Assembly (NCBI GenBank): GCA_963790015.1 | Contig: CAWBMW010000017.1 | Coordinates: forward strand, 14,252-78,251 | Source: an uncultured Gammaproteobacteria bacterium | GTDB lineage: Bacteria; Pseudomonadota; Gammaproteobacteria; Steroidobacterales; GCA-2729495 | DNA: 64,000 nt | Direction: 5' to 3' | Part shown: piece by piece, positions 18,849-27,568 of the stretch | Layout of the letters: each line of letters starts with the position of its first letter | Position numbering within the stretch: the stretch's first letter is position 1 | Program-made: the position numbers and the translations under genes | Notes under the pieces: generated by a model | Seen by the model: only the letters and a program-made list of their open reading frames with translations | The model's database searches: none | What the model was told of the DNA's origin: nothing

Positions 18849-20790
18849 TCGGCGGCTCCGCGTTGCGTCTTGCCACTGGACGCGCTTTGGGGCGCGACGC
18901 GCGCGGCCGTGGCGGCCCGGTCGTAGATGGTGGCCAGGGCGAACTGGGCCTGCACCCGGTACGCCGCCAGGCGTTCCCGCTGGTCCTTCAGCGTGTCGAT
19001 GGCGAGGGCCTGCAGCTGCTGCTCCTGCTGGCCGCGGGCCTGGGCAATCACGTTTTGCATGCGCTCGATGCGGGGCGCGACGGCCGCGATCCGGGCGGCG
19101 AAGCCGTCGAGCCCGGCGGGCGTGTCGCGGCGGGCCGTTGCGGCGCCGTCCTGGCCCCGCGTGGCGCGCGCCAGGAGCGCGTCCAGCTCCCGGAGGTTGC
19201 GGCGCTGCTGCCAGAGACGGTACTGGTAGTCCCGGTCGAGCTCCCAGGCCAGCACGCCCGTGAGCAGGCGATGCCGGTCGCGCAGGCCGGCGGCATCGGC
19301 CGCCGCGAGGCCCGGATCGGCGCCGATGCGCGGCCAGGCGCTGCCAGCGGTCCCGTTCCTCGTCGGTGGCGAGCCCGGCCACGTCCCGGCTCGTCCTCGA
19401 TCGCATCCAGGCGCGCGGCGAGCGCGTCGCGCCGGGCCTGCAGCGCCGGCAGGTCCACCCGGTCGAGTCCCTCCCGGAGCCGCGGCTCCCGCTGCGCATA
19501 GGCCAGGCGCCGCGTGTCCACCATGTCCTCGAAGGCGGCGAGCTTGTCCCGCCACTCCTGAAGGTGCGTCGAGAGCGCGGCGAGGTCCCGCACGTTCCGC
19601 AGTCCCTCCTGGAAGCGGTGGTCGGCGATCAGGTGATAGAGGTAGCGGCCTTCGTTGGAGTCGGGCAGCTCCTTGAGCTCCCAGTACCAGCGGCCGACGC
19701 CGGCATCGTCCGCCGCGAGCAGTGCGCTGATCAGCGTCCCGCCGGGATCCGCGGCGCCGGCTGATGGCGTCATCCAGGTTCGCGATCTCGGCGTCGAAGG
19801 ACGCGAGCGCGGACTGGTAGCCCTCGGCCGCCGAGCCGTGCGCGTCGAGCTCCGCGTAGGCGTAGGGAATGGCGAGGAGCGATTCCTGCACGGCGCTGTC
19901 GAGCAGATCCCGGTTCCGGAGCTCGAGCCAGGGCGTGAGGGCGCCGCGGAAGTCGTGCGCGGCGGCGTCCGCCCAGCCGACGCCGAGCAGGGCCTTGTTG
20001 GCGAAGGGACTCTCCAGGCGGACGCGCTCGAGCACGGGCCGCGCCTGGCCGTCGAGGGACTGCTGGAGGTAGGCGTAGCCGAGCGCGAGGTTGGCCTTGT
20101 CCCGCAGGTCGAGCAGCTCCGCCGACGACGGCGAGCTCCGCCCCACCCGGTCCAGCTGGCGCGCGCCGTCGTCGAGCCGGTTCAGGCGGACGAAGGCCAC
20201 GCCCAGGTTGTAGCGGGCGTAGGGCGCCCAGCCCTCCGGGCCCTGCCAGCCATCGAGTAGTTCCGCAGCAGAATCAAAGCGTTCCAGCGCCATCAGCGAC
20301 TGGGCCTGAAGCATGGGAAGCTCGGCCGCGAGCCCTTCCGGGAGCGCGCCGGAGACGCGGGCGAAGGCCGCCAGGGCGTCCTCGTGCAGGCCCCGCTGGT
20401 AGCGGACCTTGCCCAGGTAGAACCAGGCCCGGTCCCGCACGGACGGGGCGACGTCCTGGGTCAGCAGGCGGTTGAAGATCTCCTCGGCGCGCACGTGCTG
20501 GCCGTAGTGCAGGTAGAGCCCGCCCAGCAGCAGCTCCGATTCCGCCTCGTGGTTGCCGACGCGGCCGGCGGCCCGGGCCGCCAGCAGGTGCGTGAGCGCG
20601 TCGAAGTGCTCGTCCTGGTAGAACTGGAACAGGGCCTCGCCGTAGTACAGGTCCCGGATCGCCGTCGGCGCCGCCACGTCGTCCGCGCGGGCGGACAGGC
20701 ACGCGCCCGCCGCCAGCACGCCGGCCAGCAGGCCAGCAGGTTACGGCCGGCGCGCAGGGACCGGCCCCGCCTGGCGGGCGACAACGCCAC
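18845..20790 (-). CDS. ~650-aa TPR-repeat protein with signal peptide; at least 4 frame breaks (~20735, ~19770, ~19385, ~19330)
   Basis: GTG start with VALSPARRGRSLRAGRNLLA / LLAGVLAAGACLSARADD. The N-terminal TPRs (LYYGEALFQFYQDEHFDAL...) and the middle segment WYWELKELPDSNEGRYLYHLIADHRFQEGLRNVRDL lie in alternative frames. Confidence 0.75.
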
Positions 20791-20793
20791 GGG

Positions 20794-21363
20794 CTACTCC
20801 CACTCCTTCACCAGGAACTCGGGCTGCTGCTTGCTCTCCCGGTCGGAGATGCGCAGCTCGACGAACTTGGCGCCGATGCCCTTCTCCACCTTCAGCGTGG
20901 CACCGCGCCGGTAGTCCCGGGCGTGGGGGCCCTGGCCGGTGAACACGGCCGTCAGCTCGTGCTCGCCCGTCTTCAGGTTGCCCAGGTAGATCCGGTGCAC
21001 GCCGCCGCGGAGGAGCGCCGCGACCTCGCGCTCGGTGTAGAGGTAGTTGCTGACCGGCTTGTCGTCGATCCGCAGCTGCACCGAATCCAGGTCGAAGAAG
21101 TCGCCCACGTCCATGGAGACGAAGACCGCCACCTGGGTATTGGCCGGGAAGAGCAGCTCTTCCTCCAGGAGGAACAGTTCCCGGTTGAGGTCCAGCACCT
21201 CGTCCTTGAGGACCTGCACCTCGCTGTCCACGCTCGCCGTCGGCGGCCGGCGCGGCGCGGGCGCGGCGGCCTCCTCCACGGCCCGGACCGGCTGGAGGCC
21301 CAGCGCGGCGCCGAGAAGCAGGGCGCCGGTTATGAAATGCAGCTTGAAGCGTTTGGGTGTCAT
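20794..21363 (-). CDS. secreted protein of unknown function, first structural gene after the redoxin in the TonB/TPR operon
   Basis: Intact. Signal peptide MTPKRFKLHFITGALLLGAALGLQPVRA, followed by a beta-rich body. Confidence 0.65.
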   Translation of the reverse strand: MTPKRFKLHFITGALLLGAALGLQPVRAVEEAAAPAPRRPPTASVDSEVQVLKDEVLDLNRELFLLEEELLFPANTQVAVFVSMDVGDFFDLDSVQLRIDDKPVSNYLYTEREVAALLRGGVHRIYLGNLKTGEHELTAVFTGQGPHARDYRRGATLKVEKGIGAKFVELRISDRESKQQPEFLVKEWE

Positions 21364-21373
21364 GGTGCGTCCT

Positions 21374-21868
21374 CTACTCCTGGAGAAGAGCGGCCAGCTC
21401 TTCGTCGTACAGGGCGGCATCGCCGCCCCGGTATTTCTCGTGCACGTGCCGCACGGTGCCGTGGGCGTCCACGAGCACGGTCAGCGGCAGGTTGGACAGG
21501 TCGTACTGGCGGGCGACGGACTGGTCGCTGTCGTGCAGGACCAGCACGCCGGAGCGGCCAGCGGCCTCGCGGGCAGGCCTGGCGTCGGTGTCGATGTTGA
21601 CCGTGACCACCCGGACCCCGCGCTCGCCGTACTGCTTCTGGAGGCGTGCGAGTTCCTGGAGCTGGTCGCTGCAGCGGCCGCACCAGTCGGCCCAGAAGGA
21701 CAGCAGCACCACTTCGCCCCTCCATTCGGAGAGGCGCAGGTTCTCGCCGGCGGCGTTCTTCAGGGCGAAATCGGGGGCCGGCTGGCCGGGAACGACGGTG
21801 CCGGAGCCGATGGCCAGCGACGGCAAGAGAATTGCCGTGAGGAGCATGGCCAGAAGCTGCGTGCGCAT
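21374..21868 (-). CDS. TlpA-like periplasmic thiol:disulfide oxidoreductase (redoxin family)
   Basis: Signal peptide MRTQLLAMLLTAILLPSLAIG and active site WADWCGRC. The track ORF N-terminal extension was ignored. Confidence 0.85.
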   Translation of the reverse strand: MRTQLLAMLLTAILLPSLAIGSGTVVPGQPAPDFALKNAAGENLRLSEWRGEVVLLSFWADWCGRCSDQLQELARLQKQYGERGVRVVTVNIDTDARPAREAAGRSGVLVLHDSDQSVARQYDLSNLPLTVLVDAHGTVRHVHEKYRGGDAALYDEELAALLQE

Positions 21869-22140
21869 CCCGAATTCTTCCCGTGTTCCGCGTTCAGGCG
21901 GACAGGGGCAACGCACTGGCTTGGGGGACGCGCGGAAACGCGGTCTGACGACCGCGTTCGAGTCCGGCAGCCCCGCTGTCATGGACGAACTGGCGTTCGC
22001 CGGTAGACCGGTGGCTTTGCGTCCCCGCCTTTCAGCAGGTTTGCCCTTGTCGGCACGGGAATGTTGACAATTTCCGGCGGCGAATCCTGCGACCTCGCTC
22101 ACGTCCTCTCGTGCGTGAGTAAAATTGCACTGCGCTTATG

Positions 22141-23057
22141 TCAAACCTTCAGAGGCACCGGGTTTGGCATCTGGGCATTTGCGCTGCCCTGCATCCGTCG
22201 CCAGCGGGTCGCGGCCTTGGTAATCGACGACAGGTCACGATTGAAGCGCCGGGCAATTTCGGTAAACGTCGCGGCACCCTCCAGGGTGGCAGTTACGGCA
22301 ATCTCGGCGCGCAGGCGGGAGAGGATATGGCTCTTGCCGGGCTCTGCGAGATGCTCCTCGCCGTACACCGGCCCGGTGGCACACGATGGCGACGATCTCG
22401 TCAACGGTTCGCCCCGGTCGACGCCCGGCGTCGACCGGGGCAGCGCTGACGGCGTCATCGACGACCCGTTCCGCGAGGATCTCCCGGGCGATGTCCATGG
22501 CCTCGGGTGACTGCACCGCTTCCCCACAGAATCGGGCGAAGACCTGACGGGCTTCAACAGACCCTGGCGCGAGCGGTCCGAGCACGGCGTCCGGATGAAT
22601 CCACGGCACATCAACCACGCCCACGTAGCAGCGGTGACTGGACCACGGGTAGTCACCCGGCGCGGCCACCAGTCCTGGCGCGCACCGGATTGAGGTGCAC
22701 ATACCGCACGACGTGTAGCAATTGTTCCTGCCGGATGACAAGGACATCGTGATAGCGCCGCTCGAACAGGTGACCCGTGGTCCCGCAGCGACGCTGCAGG
22801 TAGCGTGCGTACCTGGAGCCGATGATCTGCATCAGGTCGCCCAGTGGCTGCCGGTCAACCCGCACGACCAGATGAATGTGATTGGTCATCCAGCAGTAGG
22901 CGATCACCCGCGCCCCGGTGCGCTCACTCGCACCCCTTGCGATGGCATCCAGCGCCGACCGGTCGGCAGGATCCCGGAAGATCTCCTGCCGATGATTGCC
23001 CCGGAGCGTGACGTGGTAGTACCCGCCCTGAATATGCACGCGCCGACGCCGCGACAT
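22141..23057 (-). CDS. IS200/RAYT-like Y1 tyrosine transposase domain fused to a DnaA-C-like HTH; two frame breaks (~22680, ~22400)
   Basis: HUH motif WMTNHIHLVV and Tyr motif VRYVHLNPVRAGL. The C-terminus ILSRLRAEIAVTATLEGAATFTEIARRFNRDLSSITKAA is a DnaA domain IV-like HTH. The ORF ends inside the left IR. Confidence 0.75.
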
Positions 23058-23188
23058 TGCCAGTCCCCTGACCAGGCTGGATTCTCGCCTGCCGGTGAAT
23101 GTCACGGCCTGCGACCAATCTGGCCTCTTTAACTGGATTCACTGCACTGACGCAGAAATGCCCAGATGCCAAACCCGGTGCTTCTGAA
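22148..23188. mobile_element. 1,041-bp unit bounded by 33-bp inverted repeats, carrying a Y1 (HUH) IS200-like transposase gene
   Basis: Left IR 22148-22180 is TTCAGAGGCACCGGGTTTGGCATCTGGGCATTT. The reverse complement of right IR 23156-23188 is TTCAGAAGCACCGGGTTTGGCATCTGGGCATTT (32/33 match). Confidence 0.6.
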
Positions 23189-24161
23189 CTACCGGGACTG
23201 CAGTGCCTTTGAGAAGCGGACGTTGCGCTCGGCGTCGATGACGACGGCGGCGTAGCCGGGCGTGGCGTCGATGAGCGCGAGGCCGCGCTCCGGACCGAGG
23301 ATGAACACGGCGTTGTCCAGGCCGTCGGTCATGGTGGCGTCCGGACCGATCACGGTGACGCTGCGGACGCCCGCGCGCCGAGTCGCCGGTCTTCGGATTG
23401 ATGATGTGGTGATAGCGGACGCCGTCCTCGTCGAAGTAGCGCTCGTAGTCACCGGCCGTGGAGATCGCCTCGTCGTCCAGCGCCAGACGCGTGACCCAGC
23501 GATCGTCCGCGTCGGGGTCCCGGATGCCGACCATCCAGGGCCTGCCCCTGGCGGTCGCCGATCAGGCGCGTGTCGCCGCCGGCATTCACCCGTCCCGAGC
23601 GGCACGCCGGCCTTGCGCAGGAGGTCCGCCACCCGGTCGCAGGAGTAGCCCTTGCCGATGCCGCCCAGGTTGATCCGGGTCCCCTCCTGCGTGAAGCGGA
23701 TGGTCGAGGCGGCCGGGTCGAGGAGCACGTGGCGGTAGTTGATGTCCGGGAGGTTCTTCCGGATCGCAGTCGGCGTCGGGCCGGACCCCGGCCCGGAAGT
23801 CATAGAGCTTCCCCACGCTGTCGAAGGTGATGTCGAAGGCGCCGTCCGACAGCACCGACAGCTCCAGGGACTTCTGGACGATGCCGAAGAGCTCGGCGGA
23901 CACCTTCACCGGCTCCCGGGCGGCCAGCCGGTTGACCCGGGAGATCTCCGAGTCCTCCCGGTACGTGCTCATCCAGGACTCGATGCGGTCGAACTCCGCC
24001 ATTCCCGCGGCGAGCAGCGGCCGGGCGGCCGCCTCGCTGTCGGCCCACAGCTGGATCTCGACCTTCGTGCCCATCTTCTGCCGGGCATCGCTGTACCACT
24101 CCGCCCGGAGTGGCGCGGCGGCCAGCAGCAGCAGGCAGGCACAGAGAGGGACACGGCGCAT
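23189..24161 (-). CDS. apbE: FAD:protein FMN transferase ApbE; at least 3 frame breaks (~23770, ~23590, ~23385)
   Basis: Signal MRRVPLCACLLLLAAAPLRA. The pieces MGTKVEIQLW, AFDITFDSVGKLYDF, INLGGIGKGYSCDRVADLL, AISTAGDYERYF...YHHIINPKTG and ATMTDGLDNAVFILG lie in alternating frames. Confidence 0.85.
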
Positions 24162-24211
24162 GGCGAGTCGTCCGCCCGGAGACGAGCCGGATGGTAACGC
24201 CCGGCGCGCCG

Positions 24212-25423
24212 TCAGAACCAGAGGGAGAAGAACAGCTGGACGACGGTGGCGTCGAAGTCGTAGAACGGTTCCGTCCCGGCGTCCACGTCGGCACGCAGGT
24301 CGCGGAAGTCGTCGTAGGTGTACATGTAGTAGTCCACGAAGAGGTTGACCGTGCTCTTCAGCGGCCGCTCGCCCTGCCGGTCCAGGAAGGTGTAGGTCAC
24401 GCCCGCGCGCGGGCCCTGGCTCTGGAAGGTGCTGAGCTCCTTGTCCCGGGCCAGGTAGTTCTGGGCATTGGCGTAGGGAAACAGGTCGCTGTAGAAGTCC
24501 GCGGCGGACTGGGTGTAGAAGCGGTACCTGACGTCGAAGAGCCACCTCGCGCGGAACGGGTGGACGTAGCCGACCTCGACCGTGTGGGCGTCGATGCCCC
24601 AGTCGTCCGTGAAGAAGCGGTACTCGCCCGAGACCGCGGCCCGGTACGGCAGGTGGTACTTGCCCCGGATCGCAACGGCGTTGCTCGCCCGGGTCTCCGG
24701 GTACACCTCGCCCTGGGTCAGCCAGTTCGTCGGGTCGGCCGGGTCCACGTAGCGCACCTGGCGATACGGGTTGTTCAGGTAGCCCTCGTCGGCGACCGCC
24801 TCGTAGGACAGGCCCATGATCAGGTTGCGGGTGATGACCTGGGTGACGCCGAGCCGGTAGGCGTGGCGGTCGACCTCCTCGGCGAAGACCTCGTCGCCGC
24901 GCCGGCTCACCTCGTCGGCGCCGCTGCCGTAGCCCAGCGTGATGGTCGTCAGCCCGCCGAACACATCCTGGCTGATGGCGAAGTTCAGCGTGTCGGCCTG
25001 GTAGTCGTTTCGTCGCTGGTGCTGTAGCCCACGCTCATCGTGGTGTCGCCACGGAGGTAGTCGACACCGACGCCGTACTGGGTGCGCTCCTCGCTGTAGC
25101 CATCGGGGCTGGCGCCCGTGGTGACCACGTCGATCGACGCGCTGCTGATCGTGTCCACGTAGTAGCTGCCCGAGACCGAGACCTTCTCACCCACGGACTT
25201 CCGCACCAGCACGCGACGGGCCATCGATCTGGACGCCGCCGCCGTCGTAGTAGTGATAGAGCGTGTCGACGCGCTCCTCGGGCAGCACGCCGGAATAGGC
25301 ACTTGTGGAGAACAGGAGCAGTAGGAGCGGCTTCAGCCGCGACCGGTATTTCCCTCTGGCGCTGAGACGCGCCTGACGGGAAATACCGGTCGCGGCTGAA
25401 GCCGCTCCTACTGTTTCGTTCAA
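24212..25423 (-). CDS. DUF3570 outer-membrane beta-barrel protein; frame breaks ~25215 and ~25010; N-terminus read through a REP
   Basis: The C-terminal 250 aa are intact and end ...VQLFFSLWF. The upstream pieces LYHYYDGGGVQIDGP and SGSYYVDTISSASIDVVTTGASP are in other frames. Confidence 0.8.
25321..25411. repeat. GTAG-type REP, composite 91-bp hairpin (inside the 5' end of the DUF3570 gene)
   Basis: GTAGGAGCGGCTTCAGCCGCGACCGGTATTTCCC...GGGAAATACCGGTCGCGGCTGAAGCCGCTCCTAC. Confidence 0.9.
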
Positions 25424-25430
25424 CGCATCA

Positions 25431-25652
25431 TCAGTTGCACCCGCAACCGCCGCCGGAGCTGCCGGAGGCGCCCCGGGCGCCCTCGCGGGCCTCGTGGACG
25501 TGATCGATATAGGAGCCCGACACCGGGTTCCGGTCGAAGCTCATGATCGGATCGGCCAGGCGGTCCCGCTCGTAGGGCTTCACCCAGGGCTCGACGCCGG
25601 TGCAGCCCGCGAGCAGGAGGGCGGCGGCCAGGATGACAGCGCCGGGCTTCAT
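25431..25652 (-). CDS. DUF4266 lipoprotein
   Basis: Lipobox LLLAGC and the family-typical C-terminus GGGCGCN. Confidence 0.8.
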   Translation of the reverse strand: MKPGAVILAAALLLAGCTGVEPWVKPYERDRLADPIMSFDRNPVSGSYIDHVHEAREGARGASGSSGGGCGCN

Positions 25653-26170
25653 GCCTTCTCCCGGATCAGCTGGCGGATCATGTCCTGGTACTTGCTCTCG
25701 TCACCGGGCTGGTAGCCCTGGTGGATGAAGCGCACGTTGCCCTTGCGGTCGACGATCACGGTGCTCGGCATGGCCGACACGTTGTAGAGCTTGCTCACCC
25801 CGTTGGCCGGATCGAGGAGGATCGGGAAGGTCACGGGCACGTCCTTGAGGAAGGCCTCCATCAGCCGGGTGTCCTCCTCCACGTTCACGCCGAGCATCGT
25901 GAAGCCCAGCGGCGCGTACTTCTTCTGGATCTGCTCCAGCAGCGGCATTTCCTTGCGGCAGGGGCCGCACCAGGTCGCCCAGAAATTGATCAGCACCACC
26001 TGGCCCTTGAGGTCAGCCAGGGCGACGGGCTTGCCAGCCCGGGATGGCAGGTTGAACGCGGCGGCCGGCGCGGCGGCATCGCCGGCAGCGCTCCCCGGCA
26101 CGACCGGCGCTGCCAGCAGGGTCGTCGCGATGACCACGGCGCCGAGCAGCTTTGGCATCGTCTTGCTCAT
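25649..26170 (-). CDS. TlpA-family thiol:disulfide interchange protein
   Basis: FWATWCGPCRKEMP active site and a signal peptide. Overlaps DUF4266 by 4 nt. Confidence 0.9.
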   Translation of the reverse strand: MSKTMPKLLGAVVIATTLLAAPVVPGSAAGDAAAPAAAFNLPSRAGKPVALADLKGQVVLINFWATWCGPCRKEMPLLEQIQKKYAPLGFTMLGVNVEEDTRLMEAFLKDVPVTFPILLDPANGVSKLYNVSAMPSTVIVDRKGNVRFIHQGYQPGDESKYQDMIRQLIREKA

Positions 26171-26177
26171 GGATACC

Positions 26178-26838
26178 TCAGAAGAACCAGGAAAGGCCCA
26201 GGTTGAACTCGATGTTGTGGGTGGTCTTGTCCTCGCCCGTGACGTCGTTGTCGAACATGTGGTTGCGCACGTCGAAGCGCAGGGCGATCGAGTCCGTCGC
26301 CAGCACCCGGTAGCCGGCGCCGAAGGTCAGCGTGAACAGGTCCTCGCCGGCGAAGCTCGTGTTGCCGGCGCCGCCGATCACGTAGAGCGCCGAGTTGAAG
26401 GCGCGGTTCCGGCCGAGGAACACCTCGCCCGGCAGCAGGTTCCAGCCGACCGCCAGGTCGTAGTAGCTGTAGTCCCGGTCGTCGCCGAGCAGGTCGATGT
26501 TGTCGAGCACCTCGACGCTGGACCGGTCCACGTCGCCGGTCATGGCGTAGGTGCCCTCGAGGAACAGGCTCTCGCTCACGTGGTAGGCCACGCGGGCGCC
26601 GTAGATGAAGTTCGAGCCGAAGTCCTCGACGCTGATCTGGCCCACGTAGGCCGTGATCTCGAAGTCCTCGGTGTCGATCTTCGGCGTGCGTGATCTCGCG
26701 CCGCTCCACCTCCGGCGAGATGACCGGCGCGGACGCCCCGGCATCCTCCATCGGAGGCTCGTCCCGGCCGAAGAGGCTGCAGCCGGTCGTGGCTGCCACC
26801 AGTCCGGTCAGAAGAAGAACGCGAAGCCCGCTTTCCAT
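26178..26838 (-). CDS. outer-membrane beta-barrel lipoprotein (OMP_b-brl type); frameshift ~26690
   Basis: Lipobox LVAATTGC. The barrel part DFEITAYVGQISVEDF...IEFNLGLSWFF ends in an aromatic C-terminal residue. Confidence 0.7.
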
Positions 26839-27550
26839 TCGTCCAGTTCCTCGTTGTCGTCGCGGCTCGTGAAAGTCAGGTAGCTGTTGTACTCACCCCG
26901 GAACATGAAGCGCCGGGTCACGTACATCCGGAGCCCGAGGCCCACGTGCCCCACCTGGTCCGTGCGGTCCTCCGTCTGGACCAGCGTCGCCGCGGGCTCG
27001 ATGTGGATCACGCCCGTCCCCAGCGCCGCGTAGGGCGACACGCGCCACTCCGGGAACGGCTGGTGCACGATGTCGGCCGTCGCGATCCAGCCGCTCGAGT
27101 AGTCGCCGCTGATGTCGCCCACCCGGAGTTCCGTCGACAGGTTGCGGGTGAAGTGGTACCCGCCGTAGACGGAAATCACGCTCGCGCCGTCGAGGTCGCC
27201 CAGCTGGAGGCCCACCTCCCAGCGCCGCCCCACGTAGTCGTCGGCCGTCGGGTCGTCCAGGGCGCGTCGGCTTGCCCGCCGTATCCAGCGTCTCCGCCAT
27301 CTGCTCGAGCTTCACCCAGCCCTCGACGCCCTTCGCCGTGCGCACCTGGAACCAGTCGGTCCGGCGCTTCACGCACGTCGATCTGCTCGCCCTTGTCCAC
27401 CACATGGAACACCGGGAAGCCCCGCCCGGGTCCCGTGTGGAGCTCGAGAAAGGGCTCCGCCACGACGGCCTCATAGTGGCTGGTCTTGCCATAAGCCGGT
27501 GTGACGGAGGGCAAGAAAACGAGGGCCGCAATGAGGATGAACTGGCGCAT
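26808..27550 (-). CDS. SH3-domain plus outer-membrane beta-barrel protein; frame breaks ~27370 and ~27250
   Basis: Signal MRQFILIAALVFLPSVTPAYG. SH3b-like region is LELHTGPGRGFPVFHVVDKGEQIDV / RRTDWFQVRTAKGVEGWV. The barrel ends ...WKAGFAFFF. Confidence 0.7.
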
Positions 27551-27568
27551 GACGCTTCCTGAACGGGA

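Noticed and set aside
16845-18926. 693-aa '+' ORF antisense to the large TPR gene (and many similar ORFs at 16-21 kb)
   Set aside because: Shadow-frame composition. The minus strand gives continuous TPR-type protein.
22141-23188. The Y1 transposase as the RAYT that mobilises the abundant GTAGGAGCG REPs
   Set aside because: Its flanking 33-bp inverted repeats share no similarity with the GTAG REP family, and no GTAG REP lies next to it. The cognate RAYT, if any, must be elsewhere.
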